The notes under the pieces are model-generated. The model was not told where the DNA came from. It searched no databases and worked only from the letters and a program-made list of their open reading frames with translations. The translations under genes were made by a program, and so were the position numbers. Below, piece by piece: positions 50,006 to 61,925 of a DNA stretch of 64,000 nucleotides; the first letter of the stretch is position 1, and every line of letters begins with the position of its first letter. Origin of the DNA: Sphagnum compactum (Eukaryota); NCBI GenBank assembly GCA_965153455.1, contig OZ234493.1:6934213-6998212 (forward strand), given 5' to 3'.

Positions 50006-53000
50006 GTGAAGCTTAGGATCATGTGACCCAATAGACTCAGGGGCACCATCCACTAGAAACCCATTATGACTCAGTTGTGAACGAATGAAAATTGAGTTCC
50101 CAAGGTTCCACTGTGGTAACCTATCTTGTAAATCTTTCTAATTCCCTCCCGCATTACCTAGGTAAGTAACCAGGGTGGTTTTTAGGCTTCATAGCCATGA
50201 CCCTAAACCCTAAACCCAAAGACCCAATCCTAGCGTATAACTACGATTCTCAAATTTTTTTGAAAAAAATCAAATAACTGGCCATAAAACCGCTAGTTCA
50301 TTGCCAGTTTGTTCATGACAACAAGCAATTCTTTAATGCTTTCGAAGATATCTGGGACCAGCAATGCCTTGATCCTGAGATTTTTTTCAAAGAATCGAAA
50401 CCAGCTGTTCTCTGATTATGAAATATTTTTTTTAAAAAATTAATTCTTTAATTTAAATTAATTATTAATTAAACCTACAGTTCTTTATAAAATTTTAAAT
50501 AACTGGCATTACACTGGTAAATTACTACCTACATAAGTGGTGAGTATGATAGGTAAGTTGGTAGGGAACATAATTAAGTGGGTACTATGTAAGTAGGTAT
50601 GGGGGTGAGACAATGGGTGATAACTAGGTAGGTATATACCTATCTATGCATGTGAATTGTTAGTACATAGCTAACCACTGTGGTTGGCACTGAGAAAGGA
50701 ATATAATGAAAAAACTGTTTTCTGTCCATACACCATCCATCCTGTATTGGTGCCCCTCCCCCCAATTCAGCACATGAGTTCCTCTGGACCAACAATTATA
50801 TTGTGTGGATGGAGATGTGCTTGCTTGCAATTGAAAACTGCAATGAATGAATGAATGAATGAATGATTAACTGACTTACAAATAGGTCTACTAAACACTC
50901 TTTAGCAATAGCACTGCTAAACCTTACTTCCAAGTTTTGCCCCAAGCTTATTACATAGTACTCATGGCGCCAATGGATTCCCATGGATCCCAAGTGAGCT
51001 TTCAATGGCCTTCAATGAAATTAGGCTTTTTTTTGTGAAGGGCAAAAACATTACAAGGGCCCGCCCTTCACATCTGAAAGATTGTTTCAAATATTGCTCT
51101 TCATGTTGAAAGATTGTGCATAAAAATGCTCTTTATCTTATCAATTTATAGACTGCTCAAAAGTTTAGCCTTCACATAGACAAAGAAGTATGACCTTTGT
51201 AGCTGAGTTTAACACTAGTGTTCTTTTGTTGGCGAATTTTTGCAACCTGGCTAGAAAAAAAACTTCGAGGAGCAAATGATACAAAAATTTTCAGAAATAA
51301 AAAAAATTGGTTGGAAAAAATGGGTTCAAGTCACCACAATATGATATGAGGAGAAAAATCTGAAGTTGTCATATTTAGACAATAGGCTTCAACATGTCAC
51401 CAAAATAGAAGAGCAATCCTAAACTTGGTTATTTTATTCTACTTGCCTCTAGGACATGTAGCCAAATTTGGCCAAGTCCTCTTGTGGATGATCGCCAACC
51501 CACCTTCACAAATTTGATTTTTTTGTTTTTGTTTTTGGGAATTATAATAAAACCTCATGAAAAATCAAATAGTTTCTAAGCCTTTTTTTTTAGTGAGAAA
51601 CTGAATATAAGTGAACATATTTTCCAAATGTTACAAAAATTGTTTATCAACAATTACACCAAGGATCCTACCATGGCCTAATCCTCGCCGCTCTAATAGG
51701 ATGGTATAGATTTTGCAGTGCAGAGGAGTGTGCCTTTATTTCAAATAATAGTCATAATGTTTAATTGAAGACATGCAATTGTTAGTAAAAACATTTCCTA
51801 TGCTTGAAAAATATGTAAGTTTTGAAAGATATATAACTTTTTCACATGTATTCATTTTTTTAATGATAAGAGGGTAAGAATATATCTAACCTTTGATGAG
51901 CTTTTTAACACTTAGGAGTCTAAGCCATTTTCAACAAATAACCATTTTATCTTTATTCAAAGCCTTAGTTAGAATTTTAGACCAATCTACTAATCCACAA
52001 ATGTGATTACAAATCCCATTGTTAAATTCAATGTTTTACACACACATAGAAAACTTTGGTAGAAATGCTAACCAAAATCAAGCAAGGGGCGATTGATTAT
52101 ATACAAAAATTGGATTGAGCTCATATAAAAAAGACCAGGCAAATGTTGCTGAGGTTGAATCTAAACCATCACTGATTCGAAATAAGAGTTTTGATAATAA
52201 TACACTAATACATGCATCCATCCTAATGAGGAACCGAGTGAAGGATTCATTAAAACATTAAAGAAGTTCAGGTCAAAATGTGGTGAAGGTCAAATTGTAT
52301 GTGAATTCCCAAGTCAAGAGTCTTGTAAAGAGTCTTCAAATTTGTGAAGGGCACTTTCAAGGTCAGCCTTTCTTTCAATGTGAAGGGTAGTTTCTGGAGC
52401 AGTAGTAAACCCTAAACCCCATTCCCATTGAAGCCGGCCGTTACATTCTTGTCGTCCAATGATATGAGCTAGTATCATTAGCCTAGTTGAGGAAGTAAGT
52501 TACAGACTTGTTTTTCTTTCTAAAAAGGAGAGTGATGGGTTGTTGATAAATGATGAATTTTTGAAAAAACTATTTAAAAAAAAGGAAAGACTAGAATGGG
52601 AGTTAACCCAAGTTAAATGACAATTAACCATTAGTTCCACTTTGGGTCACCCAGAACTGGGTCTCATTTTTAGAATCAAAACAAGAATTTATGTTTTGAA
52701 GAATTGGACCCAGAACTACTCTAATTTATTTTTTAGAACTGGAACGGGGTCTAAACCCTAAAACCCTAAACCCATAGAAACAAAGAACTGCCCAACACTG
52801 GTTTATTGGTTTGTTCCCCATAAAATCAATTTGTCTTTGATATTCTTTTCGGAGTGGTCGCACTCCTCTACCCTACAGAAAATGAGAACCCAAGAATAAA
52901 GGTTCTAATACTAGAACAGGGGAGTGTCTAAAGTTTCAACATCATTTCTTGTTATGGGCCAATCAAATATACCCTTCACAATTTCTTTTAAAGGGAATAA

Positions 53001-54619
53001 GATTGTGGCACCTTCCTTAACTAACAGAAAATCACTCTAATTAAATACCCCATACCAACCCTCAACCCAACTCCGTCCAAAATAAATAAAAACAAGAAAT
53101 GGATGATAACGGATCTAACGGAACCAAGTTCATAATTTGTTGTTTGGGCAATTTTGTTGGAAAATTTAAGGTATTGGTCCATAGACTCTCTTGAAAGCTC
53201 TTTAAACCGCCAAAGGGTCCCTAGTAGTTAGTGTGCCTTGTCAATTTGCAATGGTCCCCACCCTTTTCATTTACCTTTTCCCAATATGGAGGGTTTTGAA
53301 ATAATGTGCAAAGTTTCATTTATAGTGGGCACTCCACTTGTGTATTATCCAAGTGGTGTTGCCATAATTTAGATTTTCATTATGTATGTGCCACCAACTA
53401 TTGTAAGTAAATATCGACTTGTCACCAATTATTTGTGATATTTGTGTGTGGTCCACATAGCCATTCTTCGACTATTTTACACTTTAGTTAACCATGCAAC
53501 TATGCTTTCTTTAATAAAAGCCACTACTTCAATATTAAAAAAAAATCACAAAAAAAAAAGTTGCTTGTAACATCAATGATCTAATTTACTATTATATTTG
53601 TTGTTTATGTGTAAATTAGAGGACAACATGTTGTTGGTTATTGATTCATAATTAGTAGATGAATGGATTTTAACAATCATAGCTGAAGTTTTTTGTATCA
53701 ACTTATTCCTCCCTTTGAGAGTTAATAGCATGATTACTTGAGATACCAAATTCCAACTAGCATGCATAATATGAATTTTGATGAAAATTGTCTAAATATT
53801 CTACCTCCTTAATATTATCTTTGTAGATGCCGAGATCCATTGGTTTAATATCAATTTGAAAAAACTATTACCCTACCTATATTCAAGTGTGAAGCCTTGC
53901 ATTTCAAGTAGGTTGGCTATCTTCAAATTCTAAATCCTAAACCTTTTCTTGTCACCCAAAACCAAATCTCACAATTTTTTCCCCTAAACCCTAAAACCTA
54001 CTTGACATCATACTAGGTGGTTTCTAGGTTTAATATCTTAAAAATTGACCTGTTTGCATAATGGATGGGTGTTACTTGTGGCTCTTGGGTTGGTTATTCT
54101 AAAAATCACCCCTTATGCATCATAGGTGGGTATTGCCAAAATAATATTTAGAGAAATTGGTAACTAGCGGGTCTTGTTTAGAGATCCAAATTGATACCCC
54201 AATGGCTCCATTTATTTTTCAAATGTCAAGTGTGATGGTAAACAAATAAAAATCAAAGAAATTGCCTAGACAAAGTATTAAAAAAAAAACAAAGAACTAG
54301 CCAACATTGGTTCCAACCATGTTATGTGGTTCTTTGATTTTGTTCTAAGTTGTAACATCCAATTACGGGGTGTTTTTTTTTTTTTTTTTGGTAAAATCAA
54401 AATCAAAGAACCCCAATTCTCAAAAAAATTAAAAATCAAATAAAATACTTGCCAAAATATTTTTCCAAAATATTTTCCAAAATATTTTTCCAAAATATTT
54501 TCCAAAATATTCAGAAAACCCCACAAGTTTCCTCTCAAGTCAAGAACAAAAAATGGGGTGAATGCAGGGTTAAAGTTCTTTGACCAGTTCTTCACATTTT
54601 TAAAGAACCTTCTAAACTT

Positions 54620-54897
54620 TTAGGGTTTATGTGAATATGTCCATGATATTATGCATGTTCCAAAATATCCAAAAATATCATGAACATGTCAAAGGTTTAG
54701 GGTTTAGGGCATAAGGTTTTGAGGGTTTATCCGAATATGTCCGTGATATTATGCATGTTAAAAAATTATCCAAACATATCATGAACATGTCAAAAGGTTT
54801 AGGGTTTAGGCATAAGGTTTTTAGGGTTTATCCGAATATGTCCGTGATATTATGCATGTTAAAAAAATGATCCAAAACTATCATGAACATGTCAAAA
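54620..54897 (+). repeat. ~100-bp tandem repeat (x3) containing TTTAGGG motifs
   Basis: tagggtttat..gaatatgtcc.tgatattatgcatgtt..tatcatgaacatgtcaaa at 54621, 54721, 54822. Confidence 0.9.
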
Positions 54898-55203
54898 GTA
54901 TCATGGATTATGTATGATTCATTAGTTGTAGATGAACACCACAACTGAATTATCAAAATTTGCACCCCTCACAACCCATCTATAAACCCTGGCTACTTCT
55001 CCCTCACACTATGTATGATGTACCCTATGAATGTTGGTTGGCCTATTTACTGTAATTAAAATCATTTGTGTGTCAAATAATTGATATAATGAAAAAAATT
55101 CTAATTCGACGACTAGATTTTTAATTCTGAGTTTTTTTGGGTAAAGAATGAATAAATCCAATAAAAACGACAATAGTTTTCATATCTTCTTTTTTTGAAT
55201 TTA

Positions 55204-55246
<43 letters not shown>

Positions 55247-55664
55247 GATCTTGTGGTTAGATGGTTCACATTCAAGAATATATTTCTCTACATAGTTCAG
55301 ATTTTGTTGCCTTCAAGTGTTACTATTAAGGATTTGATTGGGTATTTGAGAAATGAAACATAAAATGCTGATTTATTTATTTTATTTTTAGCAAAAATTT
55401 GACAATTTTTTTTAAAAATTAATTTAATTGGTGCCAAAGCAGCCCAGGTACTACTACCATAATTAAGTGGGTAACTTCATATGTAGGTAGGTAGGTAGGT
55501 AGGTAGGTAAATAATTCAAGTATCATGTGCATGGTAAAGACACATGTATGGTAAAGACTTTTGTCCCAAATACAAGGGAAGGTAGTGCAATTGGCTCTTT
55601 GAAGTTCTCCTAAAGCGACTGCAACAACTTAGCATTCTATTGGTCTTTTGGGCCCCCTCCCCTC

Positions 55665-56015
55665 TAATTTTTCATCCATCTCACCATGTACCTAGTTTTC
55701 ATCCATCTCACCATGTAACTATTTTTTTCCATTCATCACATGATATTTAACATTCATCCATTTCACAATGTACCTAGATTTCATCCATCTTCCAATATAA
55801 CCTATTTTTCCCATTTCATGTCACGCTATATCTAACATTCATCCATCTCATAATGTCCCTAGTTTTCATCCATGTCTCGATACATCTATTTTTCATCCAT
55901 CTCACACTAGATCTAAATGTTCCAAAAACATCTCACAATGTGACTAGTTTTCATCCATCTCACAATTGATCTATTATTTCATCCATTTCACAATGGATCT
56001 AATTTTCATCCATCC
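55665..56015 (+). repeat. Degenerate short-unit repeat built on ttttcatccatctcac
   Basis: About ten copies; the reverse motif tggatga recurs at ~62470-62560. Confidence 0.8.
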
Positions 56016-56115
56016 CACGATGTGTCAGTGAGTTTACTTCGCCCAGCTGAACTGGTGTGAACGGGGCAACTAAAACGTGGGTGGCCTCATAACCCGGCCA
56101 CACTAAGCTAGTATG

Positions 56116-56148
<33 letters not shown>

Positions 56149-56315
56149 CAAGTTCTCATCATTTTGACGCAAGTAAAGCCAAAAAAATATCAAGCAACAA
56201 CAGAGTGCAAGAGCAAGCCACGCGCGTCAAAACAAAACAAAAGACAAAAAAAATCAAAACTCGCAGCGCAGCTGATGATGATGATGTGAATCCAATCACC
56301 ACTTAGCTAGCTACA

Positions 56316-56433
56316 AGTCTCTCGCTCTAAGAAGACGTCTAGGTACTACTAGTCTCTCGCTCTAAGAAGACGTCTAGGTACTACTAGTCTCTTGCTCTAA
56401 GAAGACGTCTAGGTACTACTAGTCTCTCTCGCT
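56316..56433 (+). repeat. 35-bp tandem repeat, ~3.3 copies
   Basis: agtctctcgctctaagaagacgtctaggtactact at 56316, 56351, 56386. Confidence 0.92.
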
Positions 56434-57831
56434 CTGCACCGCGAGCATGCGGAGGAACGTGGATTCCCTTGCTCCCGCTGCTGCTGCTGCACCCGCAGGT
56501 GTTTTCTTTTGTCAATTTTGTGATGGTAGCTAAAATGGCGATGATCCATACGAAGATTTAATCAAATCTGGCTACAAGCTCTACATCTGGAAAAATATCT
56601 TTATATGTTTTTGGGTACATACCTATTTGAACCATGTATAGAAGAAATCTGCCGATTTTTCTTAACTTTATTTTTCCAAATTATGGCTATTGAAAATCTC
56701 GAAATGCACTTGATTTTAGCACTTTTAATTTTTTAATATAGCTTTTTTGGCTTTACGTATGTAGCCAGTAAATTTTTTAAAAGGCTGACGCCTGGTCATC
56801 CTATGCAGGACCCAGTACCCCCCACTCCCAATATCATCTACTTCCGCATCCACAGAGAAGTTCACATCCATGTTCTGCATTATTTCATTCATCTTCTTTC
56901 TTTCTTTCTTTTGCTGGGTTGCTCACCGTGAACTGCCCGCAATGGATGAGATAGGACTGCCCGGATTGGATGAGAACGGGCCCGGGCGGTTTGTGGTTTC
57001 ACATCCGGCCCGGGTCGGCCACTCGGGGCACGCGCGCGTGCGTGCGAGCCCGCATCTGCGTTGGTGTTGCTGCAAAAGGCAGCAGCAGATGTCAGTGCCG
57101 CACTTGCCGAGGAGGAGGGGAGGAGGAGGAGAAAGAATCAGCAGCAATGTCCGTGGGTCGGATCTGAAGTAGAGAGATCTAGAGAGGCCTTGAAAGCTTT
57201 AGGTTGCCGCTGGAAGAGGCCTTTTGTTGTATGAACTTTGTGAATTGGAATTGGATTTGTGTTGTTCTTCTTCTCGAAAGAAGATGGAGATTTTTTTTCT
57301 GGTGCAATAAGAAGCATTGCAGAAGAAGAAGAATTCTAGAAGCTGCTTGCTTGCTGAAGAGGAGGAAGCGACCAGCCACTTCTACGACGTCGCGGGGACT
57401 TGATCTTTCGTGTTTCGCTCGAATTGTGTATACATATATGTATATTCTCTCTTGATGGATTCGCTGCTTCGCGCGGTAACTTCTGAAATTCCTAAGAGAA
57501 GCCGCTGGTGAGCAGAAGGAAGAAATCGCGAACTAGCTAGATCAGATTAAAGGGTACGAAGTGGTCGGGAATGAACGGTCCAAGTTCTGGTGCACGCCAG
57601 AAGAAGAAGAAGGTGGGTGCTACTGTTTTCCTTCTATGCTCTCATCTTCAATCAAACGAAAACCTATCCTTCTCGTTGTTCTTGTCTTGCCCACTTAGGA
57701 GAAGCTTTCTTCCATCTTCAGGAGTGCTGCCTAATTAGGTTGGCCAGGAGGCCCGGATTAGGGTTCATCATCATCATCATCTCCTGCTCGTTCCAATTTC
57801 ATGGGAAGATATATAGTCTCTCATTCCCACA

Positions 57832-58100
57832 ACTGAGATTCAGCGATTCTCTACATGCCCAGTCTGAGATTCAGTGTTTCTCTCCATGCTCATACTGAGA
57901 TTCAGCGATTTTCTCCATGTGGTCAGACTGAGATGCAGTAATTCTCTCCATGCCATTACTGGGATTCACTAATTCTCTCCATGTGCTCATACTGAGATTT
58001 GGTGATTCTCTCCATGTGCTCATACTGAGGTTCAGTGGTTCTCTCCATGTGCTCCTGCTGAGAGTTGGTGATTCTCTCCATGACCATACAGAGATTCAGT
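57832..58100 (+). repeat. ~30-33 bp minisatellite (~8 copies) upstream of the Dof CDS
   Basis: actgagattcagcgattctctccatg(tg)ctcat variants arranged head to tail. Confidence 0.88.
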
Positions 58101-58515
58101 GAGTTACTTGGAGCTGGAAAGGTTTTAGAATATAAATGGTTTGGAAGAGTGGGGCATGGTTTTTCTTTGCACTTCAAGGTCACAGAAGAATATAGAGCTT
58201 ATTGCAGATTCAGCAGCAGCTCAGTCAAGGGCTTCTTTCTTGGCTGTGACATGGCTGTGCATCCAGTCTAGAAGACAGGTTGCTGTATTTTGTGGGCTAT
58301 GATGATGCCTTGGCACTCCCCATGTGCGTTTTGTGCTGAAGTTTTGCTGGTTGATGTGTGGTGCTGCTGCAGTGAGGAAAAGGGCAGGTTTTCTTATTAT
58401 GCATGTGACTACTGCATGTCAGAGTGCTTCTGGAAGCACACAAGGGATTTAGCCAAAAAAGTTAGCAGGGTCTGGATCTCACAAGATGGTCGACAGGGAC
58501 TTGGAGCAGGAGTAG

Positions 58516-59622
58516 ATGCACTCAGTGGCCAGAATGGCCATGGAGCCAAGCAGTTCAGGCAATGAGGAGGAGCAGCAGCAGCAACAAGAGAAGAAGGCGA
58601 GTCAGTTACTTGCCCAGCATGCTCTCCAGGAGCGTCATCGTTTGAAACCACCAGATCAAGTCGTGGCTTGCCCTCGTTGTCAATCTTTGAACACCAAGTT
58701 TTGCTACTACAATAACTACAGTCTCACTCAGCCTCGTCATTTCTGCAAGAATTGCCGCCGCTACTGGACCGCTGGTGGTACTTTGCGCAATGTTCCTTTT
58801 GGTGGGGGTTGTCGGAAAAATAAGCGTGCCAAGCGTCGAAACATGGATGGACAGTCATCCAGTGGTACAGAAAATTCAGAAACTGACCACTCAATGGCAG
58901 CAACTGAGCAGCACACACTGTTAGGCTCCTCCTCTGCTGGCTTGTTTGGCAGTGAGGATGGGATGGCTTTTGTGACCCATCAGGAAGCTACATGGTCCCA
59001 GCCACAGGGTACAAGTCATAGTGGTGAAGGAGGTCTTGCATTCACACAGTCTTGCCAAGGGCTGGGTATTGGTCAACACTTGCAACCTTTTGATAGTGGC
59101 ATCATGAGTCTTGGCATGTTCAGTTCCATCAGACCAGATGCAGGAGCAGCATTGAGCATGCACAATACCTCCCAACAGGTGCATGGTGGAGACCTGAGTG
59201 CCTTTTTTGACAACTCTGCATATGGTGGGGCAGGGGCATTGGCTGCTTTGAGTGAGGCACATGGCAGCTATGATCACACTGATGGTGGAGATGAGGCATC
59301 ATCTTATGCTAGTGGGGAAGTTTGGGGGAATTTGCAGCACCACCCAAAACAGGAAGTTCTGTGGGGCCAGGATCAGGAGAGTATAGAGGGATCATTGGAC
59401 ATAGACAGGCAGCAAGATAAAGCCAAATTTCCAACACCATCTCCGCCACCTGCCCAAGGGTTAGATGATGAGGAGACTGCTGCACAACCAGAGGTCTGGC
59501 AGCGGTCTGCATCTCAGGGAGGTATGTCACATTACGAGACATCGTCTGATTCCAGTTTTTGGAGCAATCCAGGGTGGCCGCCTGGGGATTTGCATGTGCT
59601 ACATGGATCTGGGGAAGCATGA
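58516..59622 (+). CDS. DOF: Dof (C2-C2 zinc finger) transcription factor, 368 aa
   Basis: [53 protein letters not shown]; open single-exon ORF ending in a W..GWP tail. Confidence 0.95.
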   Translation: MHSVARMAMEPSSSGNEEEQQQQQEKKASQLLAQHALQERHRLKPPDQVVACPRCQSLNTKFCYYNNYSLTQPRHFCKNCRRYWTAGGTLRNVPFGGGCRKNKRAKRRNMDGQSSSGTENSETDHSMAATEQHTLLGSSSAGLFGSEDGMAFVTHQEATWSQPQGTSHSGEGGLAFTQSCQGLGIGQHLQPFDSGIMSLGMFSSIRPDAGAALSMHNTSQQVHGGDLSAFFDNSAYGGAGALAALSEAHGSYDHTDGGDEASSYASGEVWGNLQHHPKQEVLWGQDQESIEGSLDIDRQQDKAKFPTPSPPPAQGLDDEETAAQPEVWQRSASQGGMSHYETSSDSSFWSNPGWPPGDLHVLHGSGEA

Positions 59623-59675
59623 CTTATGTGTAAAGCAGAGGTTTTTGTATACAACTTGCAATCTTTGCACCCGAA

Positions 59676-60065
59676 AGCTCCACTTTAGACACCAGATCAG
59701 GACCAATTGAATGTGGAACGGGCCCAACTTGAAGCAAATCGGGAACCCGTGTCCAGAATAAAAGTTTGCCAATACAAATGCTTCAAATAAAATTAGGTAA
59801 TAAGAAGAGTGACCCAAGTACTGGGTTTTCTTTATGGTCACCAGTCCAATGTTAACATGTTGGTCCTCCAAAACAAGAATCTTAGCAATCTTCCTCATGG
59901 TCCAGATGAAGACAAATTTGTGTCAAATTTATCCCACTGAGATGGGGCATTTTATTCTGGTTGGTCCAGGGTCTAAAGCTAATGGGGCCAATTAAAACCT
60001 CTCACATGATAGGATTGCTCAATTTAGATTCTGTTGGGTCTTGGTCTAGTGTCTAAAGTGGCCCC
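59676..60065. mobile_element. MITE-like element immediately 3' of the Dof stop
   Basis: ccactttagacaccagatcaggaccaa (59680-59706) is an imperfect inverted repeat of ttgggtcttggtctagtgtctaaagtgg (60034-60061). Confidence 0.6.
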
Positions 60066-61192
60066 AATATCTAGGGTGCAAAGTTAGTTTTTTGTTTTTT
60101 TTTTTCCAGAGCTCAAACATACATTCATTTCTTGAGACACATGGATCTTTTTACTTCAAGTGTTCTATGCTCAATTTATTTGGAGCCTTATATCCTCTGT
60201 ACGTTTGCCTGCAAATGTTGACCGAGATGTATTAAGGCAAGTAGCAAACTCGCCTACCACCTGAAGAAGCTCAGGTTCAGAAGTTGCCCATGTTGTGACC
60301 AACTCTAAGTCATGCTCAAGTTTCTGCCCACAATTTGGTTGTTGTGTAAGACCATAGTCACCACTTAAAATCCACTCTCTCACTTTCCACCAAAAGACTT
60401 TTAGATTTAGTTCATATATATGTCTTAAGCAATTAAGTTATTGCTCATAGTTGAGCTTGAACTGGTTGGAGTTGTCACTCTGAGGTGCTGGTACATTCAA
60501 CATTTGGTTGCAGTAAAAGCATCTGCTTGTTGATGACTTTTTTATGTTGTTTTGCACAAGTTTGTTGGGTAATTGTGATATGCAGTGAAGTTAGCAGGTA
60601 GGTGAATGCCAGTGTTGTGTGAAGTGCAATTGTAGACTGTGAAGTGTTGGGATGAGGGTTGATTTCACATGTTATCTTTGAAAGCACCCGTAATCAGTTA
60701 TAGGATCAGTTGGGCATATGGCTTCAATTTGTAGAGCAGGCCTTCATTGGCAGGCACCTTACAACTTGTGGGCTATACTTATTGTATGTACACTTTCGCT
60801 CTCCCTTCAACCCTCCACAGACCTGGGAGTTAGAGGAAAGTGCGCAAGCAAGAACTGAAGCTCTGATGCGCTTCAACTACTAAGCCAAGAAATACCAAGG
60901 GTCAGACATTCTTCTGTCATAGAATGCCCAATTCAGCCCTTAGTCTTTGCCCTATGCCTCTGCCCCAAAAGCAGCCACAATTGAAGAAATGAAGTGAAAA
61001 AGGCGGGTTGGTACTAGTGTTGATGATCTTGTATATTGTCTACATCTGGTATCAACACTTATATGGTAATAAGGATCCTACCAGACCCTGAGGTAATATC
61101 AGGTCATCTAGTAAATAGTTGTTGTCATCATCATCATGTGTGCCTTCTCGCTTAATGAGAGCTATCCCAAGACATTGTGATCTAAGAATGTT

Positions 61193-61925
61193 GGGTTGGC
61201 CAAAGACACTAAAGCAATGAGAGTTTTTGGAGAAATGGAGTTTGATGAAGGGTCACTATAAATAAAGACCTAATGGAGATTGATGAAAATGGAATGGGCA
61301 AGATGAAAGCGACAAGAAAGTTGACAATTGATGGGTGGCCAAAGACATTAACACAATGAAAGTTTTTGGAGAATTGAAGTTGGATGAAGGGTCACTATAG
61401 ATAAAGACCAAATGGATATTGATGAAAAAGGAACGGGCAAGGAGAAAGCGACAAGAATTGATGGTTATTTGGAATGAAATTTTCTCTATTTTAGTGTTTT
61501 AAATGTTGGCTTGGTTTTGTGTTGTAAGTTAATGGTGATGGCAAATTTGTGGCATTGGAATGTTGTGAGTTATGTTGAGTGGTAGCACGACTATTGGTTT
61601 TGATTTAGAATTCTTGAAGAACTTTGGTTGTGGTGTACTTGGCATGGAGATCTGGCAAAAAGTTTTAGGGAAAGAAGAGGCAATGCGAAGGATAAATGGG
61701 GGACAAACAATAATTAAGGGGGGGGGAGGGGGAGGAGAATTGGAGTTGGATGAAGGGTCATTATAAATAATGACCTAATGGATGTTGGTGTTAAAAAAAC
61801 ATGGAAGCTGAAAGGAGAAAAGGATAAGAAAGTTGATGGGTGATGGCTATTTCTAATGAATTTTTTTAAAAATTTTAATTGTTTGAGTGTTGGCTTAATT
61901 TTGTGTTGTAGGTTAATGGTGATAG
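61193..61925 (+). repeat. Direct repeats of ~140 bp (2 copies plus a diverged third)
   Basis: ggccaaagaca..gtttttggaga..gatgaagggtcactata.ataaagacc at ~61198 and ~61337; third partial copy at ~61735. Confidence 0.8.

Noticed and set aside
51030..52410. Possible CACTA-like element with tgtgaaggg subterminal motifs
   Set aside because: Only one plausible degenerate terminus; no matching end or TSD found.
56870..57455. GC-rich ORFs upstream of Dof
   Set aside because: No domain similarity; more consistent with a promoter or 5'UTR.
57832..58100. CRISPR-like appearance of ~31-bp repeats
   Set aside because: Units are head to tail with no unique spacers, there are no cas genes, and the context is eukaryotic; it is a minisatellite.
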